Below are positions 12,051-28,289 of a stretch of 64,000 nucleotides of DNA, one piece after another; position 1 is the first letter of the stretch, and every line of letters starts with the position of its first letter. The notes beneath the pieces are model-generated. The model made no database searches and was not told the DNA's origin. It worked only from the letters and a program-made list of their open reading frames with translations. The stretch is from Eledone cirrhosa (taxonomy: Eukaryota), in the NCBI GenBank assembly GCA_964016885.1, contig OZ024741.1, positions 239,692,001 to 239,756,000 on the forward strand, read 5' to 3'. The position numbers were made by a program, and so were the translations under genes.

Positions 12051-14100
12051 CTTGTGTTAGACACATGGAATTCAAAAAGGTGCTCAGGGTTGTTGCTGGA
12101 AAGATAGTTAATAATTTTGTTGGTGTTTACCAAGTCAGTTACCAGACGTCGGAGCTTCTATGCAAGGTGTTCAGAATATGGTAGATGCCTGATGGAGGGT
12201 ATTCACTTGGTTGCACGTCTCTAAACAGTTTCCAGGAGGTCAATGTTCTGAGCAAGATAGGGGTTCCAAAGTGGTGATACAAATTTTAAGTGTGGCCGCA
12301 CCTCAGCTATATACAGCTTTAACCCTTTAGCATTTACATTACTCTATATTTACTATTGTATTTTTGTGGAAAAGGCTTTATTTCAGATAATTATTTTACA
12401 TAATATCGAATCTATGAGATTTTGATATTATTTATTTTGAGAACAATACCTTAACATCACTATAAATGGCCATTTATGTCCAGTTTGAATAGAAAGAGGT
12501 GAGAAAATTTTGGCCAGATATGACCGGCTTCAATGCTAAAGAGAGTGGCTGACAAAGGTCTTGCTGAGTGATGCCAAGTCACCCTCAGCCTTCTTGACAA
12601 TTTTAAAGATGTGCTTTGTCCAATGCAAATTGCTGCTGACAGTAATGCCCAGGTCACATTCACAAGATGACTTCTTGATATTAGAGTTGTGGAGGGAGTG
12701 TGTAGACACTAGATTTTTCCTCAGAAAATGCATGGTGGTACACTTGTCCACAGCCCGCTTGAGTTGCCAGTCTGTGATCCATTGCTGCATTGTGTCCAGG
12801 TCTGATTGCAGGAAAGATCTATAATGTTTAGGATCTGTCCTTTTTATCTCAAGGTACAGCTTGATGTCATCTGCATATTTCAGTACTGTGGCATTCTTTA
12901 AGTTGGCATCTATGTCATTAATATATACAACAAATAGAAGGGAACCAAGAACAGATCCCTGTGGTACACCAGATGACATCTCATATGGTGAAGAATGCTG
13001 TTCTAGAACTGTGACTACCTCTCTTTGACTGAGAATGAAGGACTTCAAGCAGTTAAAAAGATCATCCTTCACACCCATTGCAGAGAATGTTGTCATAAGT
13101 CTTTTGTGTGGCATAGAATTAAAAACTTTAGCAAAGTCAAGGTAAACAACATCCACCCATGAGCCGCCATCAGTGATCTGGGTGATGCCTTCAAGAAACT
13201 CGATAAGTTGATCACAGCAGCTGGAGTTAGGAATAAATCCAAATTGCGAGGGCCGGATAAGACTGTGAGAATTCCAGAAGTTCCAGAGTGTTTCTCTGAC
13301 ACAGGATTCCATCAGTTTGGCAGTGCAGCTAGTAAGACTGACTAAACGATAGTTGACAGGTGATGTGTGATCACCCTTTTTGAACAGACGAATGACACTG
13401 GCAGTTTTCCACTGCTCCGGAGTAGCATCCACAACGTTTGAGAATCAGGTACGTAACACCATCAAGATCAAGAGAGGCATGGTTGCGTTTATTCTTAAAC
13501 GTGACGTCGCAGCATTGCAGGTGTAAATTCCATAGTTGCTATAGAATTTGCTGTCAGAGGTGGTGGAGATGGTACATTTTGGTTTTCAACAGTGAAAATG
13601 CCTGGGTAGCATTCAGCAATGAGTTCTGCACATTCTTTGGGATCGTCAGTGATCTGACTTGTGTGGAGATTGCAAAGAGGACCAACTGGAGAGTGAAGTC
13701 TCTGCTTTGAATGTACATATTTCCAGAATACCTCCCTGTCAGGGTTAGTTTCTATGCGCTGTTCAAATTCAAGCACTGCCTTTTTTGTCACCTGCTTGAG
13801 ATGGTTGGATGATTTATTTCGCTTTTTCTATTGATATCTGATTTATGCAGTTTGTATCCTCGTTCAGCATTATGGCATTCTTTCCTGGCAAGTCGGACCG
13901 CTGCAGTCTCCCAAATTGCACTTTTTTTTCTGCTTACGTGGCACTGATGCTGCACATGCTGTCCATATTGAGTATAGTGCACATGCTGTCCATATTAAAT
14001 ATAGTGTTTACATCTCCAGAGTTGTAAAATTCAAGCCAGTTTTGGTGTTGTAGCTCGGTGCAGTAAGAGTTCCAGTCTGCTTTATTCCAGTCAAAGCAAG
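12030..14100 (-). mobile_element. CR1-group LINE, 5'-truncated (same family as 60090-62995)
   Basis: ORF 12536-13432 has VYLDFAK, GVPQGSVLG, KYADD and is near-identical in protein to the 60658-62574 ORFs. Confidence 0.92.
12323..12541. mobile_element. piggyBac-like MITE inserted at a TTAA in the CR1, right end clipped
   Basis: ttaa|ccctttagcatt ... aatgctaaag. It interrupts a site that is intact (tttaaa) in the sister copy near 62445. Confidence 0.65.
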
Positions 14101-14233
14101 TAGTCCATATATATATATATGTATCATAGATACATATATATATCCTTATGGTCCTTTCTCTCTATATATATACATATATCTATTACATTTGAATTACGTA
14201 TGCATATATATAGATATATATATATATGCAAAC

Positions 14234-14279
<46 letters not shown>

Positions 14280-14610
14280 GACTTGTGCTCTGGAAACTGG
14301 CGGTCGGATGAAGAAACGTGGGAAGACAGGCTGTTTCATTCATTGATACCCTGCTGAGAGATGCCAACATTGATAATATCGATGAACTGAGAAATGTCCT
14401 GCTCGACCGGGATGATTGGAGAAAGCGTGCTGAATCTTTGCAAGTGTAAACTCGGCCGAAGAAGATGTATGTATATATATATATATATATGCATATATGT
14501 ATGTATATATATACATATATGTATGTATATATATATGCACATGAATATATGTATGTATATGTATATATATATATGCATATGCATATATGTATATATATGT
14601 ATATATATGT

Positions 14611-14980
14611 ATCATCATCATCATTTTACGTCCCCTTTTCCCTGCTTGCAAGGGTGGTACGGGAGCTGATTCTGGTTTGATTTCTACAGCTGGATGCCCT
14701 TCCTAACACCAACCTCATTTACAGTGAGTGCTGGGTGCTTTTTTTCTGTGGAACCTACACGTCCACTTTACAGTGTGTGCTGGGTGCTTTTTTGTTGTGG
14801 CACCTCCACAACGACTTTGTGGATGATAGGGACCCCTGTCCCTATCATCTCATCTCTACAGCTGAGTAAACTGGAGCAATGTGAAATAAAGTGTCTTACT
14901 CAAGGAAACAACACATCACCCGGTCTAAGAATTGAACTCACAACCTTTTGATTGCAAGGCCAATATGCCATGTGCTTCCA
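14611..14980 (-). mobile_element. SINE family A
   Basis: Reverse complement of 7150-7530. Confidence 0.88.
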
Positions 14981-15599
14981 CATGTATATATATGTATATA
15001 TATATGTATATATATATGTATATATATATGTATATATCACAATAAATTAACGGAGCCATAGACTCTCGTTATTCCCTGTCAATAATGTGCTCAAAGGAAA
15101 AGGAATCCTGAGCTCTTTAAAATACAATATGTTGAAAAGGTAACACACTAGAGAGAGATAGTGTGCCATCAATAAAACAGGGAAAAACCACCAGTCTATG
15201 GAATCTATAACCTATGAAAGGCAGGGTAGACACACAATAATTAAAAATATAAATTAAAATGTCCATACGTACCTCTATATAACACACGCGTACAAATCCA
15301 AAGAGATCTGTTCTGCCAAGAAGTTGTTGACTGAAATGGAATAGTCCATGGTTCATCAGCGTGTGCAAGGCCATACATTTCAGACAACTCTAAGAGAATT
15401 TAAAGTGACCGTCCAGCTACACGTGGGAGAGAGATGTCACAGCATGTTTAGGGCAGTGAACCAGTGGTGTCTGAGAGACGAGCTGCTAGAAAGGGCAGCC
15501 CAAAACCACTCAGAGAAGTGTGCTCAACTGAACAGAGAGAGAGGAAAGACTGTTATAAGGAGCGAAATATCACGATAAATTAATGGATGTATGTATATA

Positions 15600-15836
15600 T
15601 GTATGCTTCACGGCACAGACATTGCTTTATATCTGGAGATCTCTCTGCACTTGTCGTCACATGGTACCATGGACCCAGCACTATGTGTCAATAATTGTCA
15701 CAAGTGTAGTGTTTGTACCAGAGTTTTCAAGTTGCTGGCTGGACTAAAAAGTCACACTCGTTCAGCGCATCGGTAGGGGTTCTCCTACATGGATATAAAG
15801 TAGTGGCCGTACTCGAAAACGAGTTGGCAGCCACCA
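15600..15836 (+). mobile_element. 3' fragment of an RTE/BovB-like LINE
   Basis: C-terminal C2H2-like motif HKCSVCTRVFKLLAGLKSHTRSAH followed by a short UTR. Confidence 0.5.
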
Positions 15837-15949
15837 TGTATATATGTATGTTTATATATATATGTATGTATATATATATATGTATGTATATATATATGTG
15901 TGTATATATATGTATATATATATATATGTATATATATATGTATGTATAT

Positions 15950-16290
15950 ATATTTCAAGTATATGTTGGTTGTTTACCGACACCTCAATATGCAGATTGG
16001 AGCACTCGGCGAAGTATGCAGGCTGGTTTGTTTACTCCGGAGTAATGTAAATATGTTTCCAGTTCCTTGGAGGAAATAATAACACACCCAGGAGCTGGAC
16101 ATATCGATGTATTGACGGAGTAAAACACACTTCAACAACATGTGTACCTGTCTTTTCCACACCAATTTGGACTGCCTGAAGAGGTCACAGCCATCACGGC
16201 TGTCACCGAAATATATATAGCAGTAATTTTTAATTTATAATAAATGAAGCCAAATTTTACATATTTGACTTAATTATTTTATTTACATAT
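15950..16290 (+). mobile_element. Penelope pLTR-like remnant with an inverted 5' segment and a hammerhead
   Basis: 16055-16290 matches 26395-26625. 15950-16050 is the reverse complement of 26620-26720. Confidence 0.75.
16171..16224 (+). ncRNA. Minimal type I hammerhead ribozyme
   Basis: actgc-CTGAAGA-ggtcacagccatcacggctgtcacc-GAAA-tatata-TA-gcagt. Confidence 0.85.
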
Positions 16291-16307
16291 ATATATATAT
16301 ATATATA

Positions 16308-16448
16308 TATGTAATAAACAACACAATATAATTATTCTATTACCCAAGGTTTCATGAAGACAGGTGTCCCCAACAGAGGTGTCTGAAGTCGTTTGTCAGA
16401 AGGAACATTTGGGTAATGGAAATATTATATTGTGTTGTTTATTACATA
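16308..16448. repeat. Fold-back inverted repeat, arms about 40 bp
   Basis: tatgtaataaacaacacaatataatattctattaccca / tgggtaatggaaatattatattgtgttgtttattacata. Confidence 0.85.
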
Positions 16449-16564
16449 ATTAAATAGCTCTGTACCTTACATAGAGCATTCTTCTTTCCTTTACCTTTTC
16501 CATGGAAATACTTTATATATGCAGACGAGATGCAGATGGCGTCAGCAGACCAAATGAATTTTTT

Positions 16565-19525
16565 AGTGATGGCATAGAAGATTGTGGAACAGCTGACCTG
16601 GCTGCATCGTTTTCAGAGCCAGGGTCACTCACACCAGCACTCGAAACCACCACAATTAAGGGACCCAGGGTGGCCGCCGCTGACACCAGGCCAGGTGTCA
16701 GACCGACAGCCATTGCTGACACCCCAAATGTCACACCAGTGCTGCTGTTGAATGTCAGAGGTCTGGTGAAACTCACTAACATGAGTAAAATTTCCTACCT
16801 GGGAGACTTAGCCATAAGCAATCAAGCATTATGCATGGCTCTAACTGAAACACACCTGACAAGCAGTATAGCAGATGTGGAAATACATATACCAAAATAT
16901 ACTGTATTTCATTCGGACAGGAAGGAGAGAACTCATGGTGGGGTTGCTCTGTATATCTGTGAAGATGTCACGCCAATTGTACTGCTGACACATTCAAACT
17001 CAGTCTATGACACACTGATAGTACATATGAAGCAACTAAAACGGTAATGTGTTACATATCGGTCACCCGATGCCCCCAGTCATGAGGGTAAATTTGAGGA
17101 TAGCCTCAGTAGGATAGAAGAGGTCCTTGACAAACTGGACCAGGGTCTCAACATTCTACTGCTGGGAGACTTCAACCTGTCAAAGGTCAAATGGCCTGAG
17201 GGCCACCTCCTCCCTGGAATGACATCACTAGAACAGAGACAGACAGAGTCCCTGCTGGCCCTCACACACAGGCTGTTCATGGAACAAGCAGTACTCCTCC
17301 TAACAAGAGGAAAGAATGTTCTGGGTCTCTGTTTTACAAACAACTCAGTGCTCATCCACAATGTAAAGGTGACACCAACAATTTTCTCGGATCATAACTT
17401 AGTAGAACTAATGATATGTGGTTTGAGAGAGTCAACAGAGATGCAACCATCAAGAAACACCGGGAACGTATCCAGAGACAGGAAAATCCTTACAAGACGA
17501 AGAACTAATCTTTCAAACAAGTTGAATGCACAACAGAAAAACAAGAAGGAATCTTATCTGAAACATGCACTACTTGAAATTGAAATTGCACTCAAACTTC
17601 CTCATGAAAAGGAGAGGGCAGAGAGATAAATCAGGGCCATATAAAATATTAAAACAAACCCTAAGACCTTCTTTAAATTTTCAAAAGTGACTGCCACACT
17701 ACACTGCAAGATTGGGCCACTCTTCCATAAAGATGGTTCATTAACCGAAGATCCCAAGGGATAAGTGAAATACTAAATGAACAGTACAAAATTGTGTTCA
17801 CACCTCCATTGAGGCACATGCAAATAACAAAACCAGAGGATTTCTTTGATGCCACAACACTCCATGAATAAATGGTAACCATCAACCACATAGACATAAT
17901 GGAGGAAGATGTGGTATCCGCCATAGACGAAATTAGAACAAACTCAGCTGCTGGACCTGATGGATTCCCAGCAGTCCTCCTAAAACATGTAAGCGTACCT
18001 TAGCAAGACCACTGACGACCCTCCTCAGAAGTTCTCTGGCTAGCGGTAAACTACCCAGAGAGCTAAAAGAAGGCACAATATGCCCTATCCATAAAGGAGA
18101 AAGCAGAGCAGAGGCCAAAAACTACAGGCTAGTCTCCCTGACATCACATATCTGTAAGGTCATGGAACGAATCATCAGAAAGAAACTGATCACATTCCTT
18201 GAGGAAAAGGACCGCCTAACTCACACCCAGCTGCCTTACACTATGACTGGGTACTGAAATAACTGCTAGACAGATCACATGTGGACGTGATATATCTTGA
18301 CTTTGTGAAGGCCTTTGACAAGGTCGACTATGGAATGATATGTCACAAACTACACAGACTCAGCATAACTGGAAAAGTAGGTGAGTGACTGCATAATTTC
18401 TTAAAGGACAGAAGCCAGACAGTTGCAGTCAATGGGACCCTCTCAAATGAAACATCAATAACAAGTGGGGTGCTCCAGGTCACAGTCTTGGGACCACTAC
18501 TGTTTTTGGTGGCTCTCTCAGACATGCCCTCTGTAGTACATACAACATCCCTCACTAGTTATGTTGATGACACTAAGGTAGCACAGGCAATCAAAAGCCC
18601 GGTTGATGCTGCCCTTTTACAGGATCTGGATGCCATATACAAATGGATTAAGGACAACAACATGCAGTTTAATGCTGGAAAATTTCAAGCCCTACAATAC
18701 CAACCTACAAGCACAAATACTATACAACACAGCTACACTGTACCAGGTTGGATTGAAATTCCTGTGTTGAAATCGATATGAGACCTGGGAATAGACATGA
18801 GCGACGATGCATCTTTTTCTTCACACATCATGAGGGTGGTGACAATGTGCAGACAACTCGCTGGCTGGATCTTGAGGACTTTCCGGACAAGAGACCGAGA
18901 GACCATGTTGATTCTATGGAGGACATTTGTCCTAAGCTGCCTGGACTATTGCTCCCAGCTGTGGTCACCCCATAGTATCAAACTAACCATGGGGCTTGAG
19001 GCAATCCAATGAAGCTACACCAAGAGGATTGCAATGATGAATGAGATAAGCTACTGGGAGAGGCTAAAAGAAATGAAACTCTACTCCTTGGAATGAAGAC
19101 AGGAGAGATATGCAGTGATATACATATGGAAAATCCTGGAGGGCCTAGTACCAAACTTTGGCATTGAGAGCTGGACCAATCCCAGAACAGGTTATCACTG
19201 TGTGGTGTCAAAGATCCCATCTTCCACATCTAGAATAAGGAGCAGGTATTGCAATAGCCTGGGGTTCAAAGGCCCTCAACTCTCCAACAAGCTGCCAAGG
19301 AATTTGAGAGATCTGCATTGTGTGGATGTTGATGTTTTCAAAAAACATCTCGACACCCTGCTATCCAGGATCCTGGATGAGCCCACAGCATGGTATGAAA
19401 GGAACCTAAGGGCAGCAGCAACAAACTCGCTCTTACACCAATAGCCAGCCTACACAGGTTGGAGATAGAATGTGTAGAAACAAGGGTATATGGCCTCAGC
19501 CGGATGGCTAGAATAGGTAAAAGAG
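16565..19525 (+). mobile_element. CR1-group (L2/Crack-like) LINE, degenerate
   Basis: APE motifs (LLNVRGL, LTETHL, GGVALY, LGDFN, SDHN), RT motifs (YLDFVKAFD, VLGPLLF, YVDD), C-terminal YCSQLWSP and IYIWKILEGLVPN. Confidence 0.88.
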
Positions 19526-19532
19526 TAAATAT

Positions 19533-21305
<1,773 letters not shown>

Positions 21306-21339
21306 TAGATATAAATATATATAAATATATATATGAATA

Positions 21340-22478
21340 TCCTTATATATAAAACAGAGGATCTCTGTTTGTCTGTGTAAATCCCTAAAACTCGAGAAGT
21401 ACCCGATTGATTTTTTTCAAACTTTACACATGCATTAGTTATATTTCTTGAAATGTAATGGGCTAACATTTTTACTTTTTCACCCCTAGGGCCTGCATTA
21501 GGCGAAAAACCGCATTTTTTAGGCTTTTTTGAGGCGTAACTTAAAGATAATCCAGCCGATTTCCTCGAAATTTGCAGCACACATTAGTTAGTCCGCTCGA
21601 TTCCATTAATGGTTTCTAGGAAATTTACGAATTAGCATTGGGCATTATATGCCATTTTCATTTTCAATATAAACGCTATTTAAACATCGTAAGTAGTGTA
21701 TAATATTTCATTAAAAATTTGGTTTATTTAACAGAGGACACAACACTTACTTACTTTTAAGCTGGACCATTTTCGGGGGATTGAGGGAATGAGGAGGACC
21801 TTAAAATTTTTGCCGCTGCCCTATTGACCTTTCGTGCTTTCATCACACGCAAATCCAGGCCCTGTGTACATTGCTGTGTTATTGACACCGTAAAACTCAC
21901 GTCTGTGCTACTTCTACTAAGACCCCTTTTGTCACACCTACACCGCAGTATGAATGCCCTGCGCAAGTACACCGAACAGCAGTTGTGCTAATTCCGCGGT
22001 GACCCCTTTTGTCACACCTTTGTTGCTGTGTAAATGCAGTGCAACCAGTGCCGCCCAGCGTTTGTGCTAATTGCACTATGACCCCCTTCTGCTGCAGCTG
22101 CGTTGCCACACTGATTTCGTCATCTCAATATCCCTACTTAAACATACATCTCTACTTGGTTTTCACACAATTGACTTCGTCGCTCCTTCAGACTGACGTA
22201 TGTTCCCCATCCATGATGTAATTCATGAACAGACTTACGACATACATCGCTCCACAACACTTACTTACTCCTTTCGCATACAGGATTTCCGCAATCAGCC
22301 CACTGACACCGCTACTACTGGATTCGGCCTGCTGCTGTTCTACGTTTCCAGTAGATGAACAATCTTTCCCTGAGAATAATGGAATTCAAAAAGTACACAG
22401 CGACCTTCCTCAATCTTTGCATATGAGTGTTGCTGTTTCACGTTTCATACCCTGAGCAACGCCGGGTCCTGCTGCTAG
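21340..22478 (+). mobile_element. Non-autonomous Helitron
   Basis: A|TCCTTATATATAAAA start. End ccctgagcaacgccggg..CTAG|T. Confidence 0.8.
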
Positions 22479-22504
22479 TATATTTATAAATATATATAAA
22501 TATA

Positions 22505-23175
22505 TATATTTGGGATAACAAATTATGGTTATAGGTAATCCAGTTAGAGGTTGTGAATACTCCGTATTGTGGATAGTTTTAGTGTACAGCGTTTGACTCA
22601 ACAAGAGGTTTCCCAGGTAGCGAGTTTGTGAGTTCTCGGGAATTCCTATGCAAGTTAATCTTGGAGTAATAATAGTGAAAGAGTGAAGAATAATATGGTC
22701 AACAGTACAAAAAGGGTTTTATTTATAGCATTAACAATTGTTTCATTGATTAAGTTGTCTAAAAATTGCTAATCACTTGAAGTTGTGTCACTCAATTTTA
22801 ATCAACAATGGATTCCAACGTGCCCTAAAACTCAACATCCAGGAACTCAGACACCCCAAACCCAGGAATGAACCGAAACAGAAAACTCTACCATACATCT
22901 CCACACACAACCTCCTCAACAATGAGGCATTCGACATCATCCTCCAGAATATTCCTTTACTAAAAAGAGACCCAAGAATGAACAAAATCCTCCAAACACA
23001 CAACATCATAAAGAGCAAAAGACAACCTAAATCCATAAAAAATATCCTCACACAAGCCCAAATCCAACCAACCCTCACAGTGAACCCTACAGTAAAAAAA
23101 GCGGAAGGCCCAACTGTGGTATGTGCATAAATCTAATAGAAGGTTCAACATTCCATTTTAAAGAAGGATAACATT
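22505..23175. mobile_element. Penelope-like fragment: inverted pLTR piece joined to a linker-region ORF remnant
   Basis: 22777-23130 reads LPYISTHN..SKRQPKSIKNILT followed by a frameshifted Cys cluster. 22510-22745 is homologous to 37212-37455. Confidence 0.6.
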
Positions 23176-24325
23176 TCAGTTAAATACGTTTTTCGTGGTC
23201 TACCTCTACTGCGTCTTCCTTCTACTGGGATTTCTTGGCACTTCTTTACCCAGTGGCCATCCTCCATACGCATCACATGTCCATGCCATCTCAGCCTTCT
23301 CTCTTGCACACTACAAATTATCCCTCTTATACCCAGTTTCTTTCTCAACTCGTCTATGCTTGGTCATTCATGCACATTGGCATTGCACATCCAACGGAGC
23401 ATACTTGCTTCATTTCTCTCCAGCCGTCACATATCTTCTGCAGTTGCTGCCCATGTCTCACTACCATGCAGCATCGCGCATCTCACACAGGCATCATATA
23501 ACCGTCCTTTCGTATGCAGGGAGAAACCCTTCTTGGTCAACAAAGAAAGCAGTTCCCTAAACAACCCCCTCCCATGCTAATCCGATCACCTAGGTATCGG
23601 AAGCTATCAACCACTTCTATAGAACCCACCTGCATTAGAAAAATGTGTCTATCACTGCGATTACTACTGCCAACTTTCCCTGTACATCTACTGCATACAT
23701 AGTTTTCCCTACCTGTTAGTTTGCCTGCTATCCCACTACATCTCTTGTGTACCCAAGATCAGCATTGCGTACATTTTATGGAATTTATGCCAGTTCCTTT
23801 CCTACATATCGAACATGGCCATTTCCCCGATGGAATCAGAGTATTGTCCTCTCTTCTACTTATCAACACTTTTGTTTTAGATATGTTCACTCTCAGGCCT
23901 CTTGATTCCAACTGCTGTTTCCATAGCCAGAATTTATTTTCTAGCTCCTCTACTGATTCTGCTATAAGAACCAGATCATCAGCTTAGAGAAGTTCGCATG
24001 GGCATCCAGTCTCAAACTCCTCTACACCTAGTTTCCTTAGGGACCACCAGATGACAGATTGGGGTACCCTATCAAAGGCCTTCTCTAGTTCAACAAAAGC
24101 TAAGTATAGTGGCTTATTCTTCTCTAAGAACCTCACATGTAGTTGCCTCACTAAGAAGAGGGCATCTGTTGTACTTTTCCGAGGCAAAAAAACCAAACTG
24201 CATCTCATCTAATTTGACCCTTTCTCTAATCAGTTGCGCTAATATTCTCTCTGCCACTTTCATAACCTGATCCATCAGCTTTATGCCCCTATAATTGCTC
24301 CTCTCTAGAGCATCCACTTTACCTT

Positions 24326-24757
24326 TATAGATAAGGTGAGGGGTTAAATTTTATCTGTATCCTTTTATAATTGCATGTTATCAGTCTTCGAAGGATTTTG
24401 TTGTTTATAAGCGATATAAGTGAAATACCTTAATCGAAGAGTTGGTAGCTTCTCATTGGTAGTAAATGCTTCTGACTTCCAGGATATAAATAAATATCTC
24501 TTTAACGCTCAATCCTCTATAAATATAATTTTATTTGTCGAAAGGAATATAGGAGTCATTTTACAATAATTCTTTACGTGTCCGTATCATCTCCTGGTCA
24601 GCTCGGTCTGCTGGTCTCTCGAGTGTTGTCTGAGGTTTTTCACCAGAGAGCGAACGTGAGATTGAACATGTATTCATACGCAACTTCCCATTGGTCAGTT
24701 TGACCTTATTGCATATGAAAATGTTGCTATTGCGAGGTGCGACGTAGTTCCACTACA
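24326..24757. mobile_element. Solo-LTR-like insertion in the RTE
   Basis: 432 bp with termini TATAG...CTACA (TG>TA) and a 4-bp TSD CCTT. The RTE sequence rejoins exactly when the insert is removed. Confidence 0.7.
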
Positions 24758-25298
24758 CCTTTGTAGCAATTTATGAGAATACTGCTGCACCAGTCTTTGG
24801 GTATGACACCACCATATATAGCTTGATTAATGATGCGTACAACTAGTTTAGTGCCTACTTCTTCTGATGCCTTCAGCATCTCAGCAACTATCCCCGACGG
24901 TCCAGCAGCCTTACCATTTTTCATTTCCTTAATTACCTATTGTACCCTATATTCTTCAATCTCAATAGCTGGTCCCTCAGTCGGGTCTACTGGGAGTAAT
25001 TTCTCTCTGTCCCATTCGTTCTCCACATTCATCAGTCACTCATAATGACATTTCCAGGCCTCCTTTTTTTGATCATTTGTGACACTAATAAACCGGCATC
25101 ATTCCGGACACACTTATCTCCAACAACATCCTGATTTGTACTGACACACTGCCTTGCAATGCGGAACACTGCACGTCTCTGATTTTCCCATCGCAAAACA
25201 TTGGCAAACCTCCCACTCTCAGCCTCCCTGCGTGCTAAGTACACCTGACGTCTAGCTTCTCTCTTAGCGGCTGTGTATCCTTCTCTACTCCCACCGTT

Positions 25299-25498
25299 NN
25301 NNNNNNNNNNNNNNNNNNNNNNNNNNNNNNNNNNNNNNNNNNNNNNNNNNNNNNNNNNNNNNNNNNNNNNNNNNNNNNNNNNNNNNNNNNNNNNNNNNNN
25401 NNNNNNNNNNNNNNNNNNNNNNNNNNNNNNNNNNNNNNNNNNNNNNNNNNNNNNNNNNNNNNNNNNNNNNNNNNNNNNNNNNNNNNNNNNNNNNNNNN
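25299..25498. other. Assembly gap (200 N)
   Basis: Run of N. Confidence 0.98.
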
Positions 25499-25649
25499 CA
25501 TTCTTTCTCTTGCTTACTGAAATATCACTAACAACTAGCCTATGCTAACAACTAGCCTATGCTGTGGGGTACATTCTTCCTCGAGGTATGCCTTATTATT
25601 TGACACCATCTGTCTAACTAGCAGGAAGTCAATCTGGCTTATGTGCTCG

Positions 25650-25752
<103 letters not shown>

Positions 25753-25949
25753 TATATATAGGGTTGTAACCTCATCTCGTAGCGGATAAAAAAATTTGTC
25801 CGGGAAAGACTGCCCTAACACCGGCCAGAGTTACCTCCCTTGACCTGCTGCAAAATCAATTCAAGATATTTTTGCGAGCAATGAACCTTGACGCAGATTT
25901 AACCCCAAAAACTCTTTCCGAGCAATGTAAGGAACACTTTTGATTATTT

Positions 25950-25990
25950 ATGCCCTTGAGAAGCCCAACCGGGCGAAACGTACGTAGGTG
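25950..25990 (+). ncRNA. Degenerate minimal hammerhead
   Basis: TTGAGAA-gccc aacc gggc-GAAA-cgtacg-TA. The core deviates from CUGANGA at two positions. Confidence 0.4.
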
Positions 25991-26239
25991 CTGTTTTAAA
26001 TAAATTTATTTTATTGTATCGTATCTTATTATTTTATTATTTATTTTATCTTATTTTTTTATATTTCATTTCTTCATTTTACCTTATCTGATTCCATTAT
26101 CTGTTTGGCACCCCCCACCATGCGAAAGGGTGGTAGGATTGATGCCAACCCACACACACTCATTCTTCTAAAGACAGCAGCAGTAGAACTAAGGCTGACC
26201 TACCAGCTGACCCCCTAACACCAATAAACACTAGGGAGG

Positions 26240-26722
26240 AGGTCAGCTGTACTTAACAAAAACAACCACAACAGATTGCCTTGCCTCAGGAAAAAAATTT
26301 CTATAGACTTTTGACTGAGGAATGTCCTCACAACTGACCAATGGGTGGGGAGAGTGTCCTATGATGCCGAAATTCGTTTGTTCGAATTCATATGATTCCA
26401 GTTCCTCAGAGAAATAACCCAACCTGGAGCTGGACAGCTGGACATATCGGAGTATTGACGGAGTAAAACACTTTAACAACATGTGTACCTGTCTCTACCA
26501 CACCAATTCGAACTGCCTGAAGAGGTGACAACCAATGATGGCTGTCACCGAAATATATATAGCAGTACATCTTTAATAAACGAAGCCAAATCTTAAATAT
26601 TTGACTTAATTACTTTATTTTACATTATTCCGGAGTAACCAAACCAACCTGCGTACTTCGTCGAGTGCTCCAATCTGCATACTGGGGTGTCAGTAAACAA
26701 CCAACATATACTCAAAATTTAT
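26240..26722 (+). mobile_element. Penelope pLTR-like remnant
   Basis: Homologous to 15950-16290. Contains a hammerhead and ends in (TA)n. Confidence 0.7.
26512..26566 (+). ncRNA. Minimal type I hammerhead ribozyme
   Basis: actgc-CTGAAGA-ggtgacaaccaatgatggctgtcacc-GAAA-tatata-TA-gcagt. Confidence 0.87.
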
Positions 26723-26804
26723 ATATATATATATAGGAACGAGTAGGACCGACGGCTGAGCTCAAGCCGTTTCGACGATTATATATACACACACATATAT
26801 ATAT

Positions 26805-27048
26805 ATACAGTAATAATAATAAATTTGAAGACTAAAATCCAAAGAGAGCTCGATAAGGATAAATATATATCAAATATATAAGAACCGAAGAGCAAATATT
26901 TATTAAAATAACAGATTAAAGTTTAAGCAAAGAATCGCTGCTTTCACCCTTAGCAGGATCTTCTGAAACTAACAAAGTCAATCTGTAAACGCAGAAGTGG
27001 ATATTTCAATTCTTTGCTTAAACTTTAATCTGTTATTTTAATAAATAT
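26805..27048 (-). repeat. Fold-back pLTR-like repeat (family of 8585 and 56170)
   Basis: Minus-strand copy plus an inverted arm at 27009-27048. Confidence 0.78.
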
Positions 27049-27342
27049 ATATATATATATACTTACACATATATATATATATATTTACTTACACATATAT
27101 ATATATATATACATACACATACACATATACATATATATATATATATAATATATATATATAATATATATATATATATACTTACACATATATATATAGATAT
27201 ATATATATATACTTACACATATATATATACATACACATATACATATATATATATATATACATACACATATACATATATACATATATACACATATATATAT
27301 ATACATACACACACACACACATATATATAAATATATACAGGA

Positions 27343-27660
27343 GACACATGGCTTAGTGGTTAGAGCATTGGCCTTGCAATCGAAAGATTGTGAGTTCAAT
27401 TCTCAGACCAGGTGATGTGTTGTTTCCTTGAGCAATGTGTTGTTTCCTTCACACTTTATTTCACATTGCTCCAGTTTACTCAGCTGTAGTAATGAGATGA
27501 TAGGGACTGGAATGTGGAGGTGCCACAGCAAAAAAGCACCCAGTACTCACTTGGTGTTAGGAAGGGCATCCAGCTGTAAAAATCAAGCCAGAATCAGCTC
27601 CCGTCCCACCCTTGCAAGCAGGGAAACGTGGACGTAAAATGAAATGATGATGATGATGAT
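27343..27660 (+). mobile_element. SINE family A with internal deletions
   Basis: Same head and tail as 7150-7530. Confidence 0.85.
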
Positions 27661-27750
27661 ACACATATACATATATATATATATATATATATGTGTATAT
27701 ATATAATATATATATATATATATAATATATATATATATAATATATATATT

Positions 27751-27783
<33 letters not shown>

Positions 27784-27849
27784 ATATATAATATATATAT
27801 TTATATATATATATATATAATATATATATTTATATATAATACATATATT

Positions 27850-27882
<33 letters not shown>

Positions 27883-27904
27883 ATTTATATATAATATATA
27901 TATT

Positions 27905-27935
<31 letters not shown>

Positions 27936-27936
27936 T

Positions 27937-27995
<59 letters not shown>

Positions 27996-28005
27996 ATTTA
28001 TATAT

Positions 28006-28236
28006 ATAAAACACACAGTCCACACTGTAATGTGGCCGTGTAGGCAACACGGTAAAAACCTCCCAGACCCACACTGTAAATGTGGTTGGTGTTAGGAAGG
28101 GCATCCAACTGTAGAAAACCTGCCAGACAGTCCTATGCGAGCAAGACAATCACTCTTGCCTCAAGTGGGAATACCCCCGTCCAAACCCATGCAAGCGTGG
28201 AACACGGACGTTAAACGTTGATGATGATGATATATT

Positions 28237-28289
<53 letters not shown>

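Noticed and set aside
15285-15365. Minus-strand hammerhead
   Set aside because: CTGATGA is present but the GAAA box is missing. Too decayed to call.
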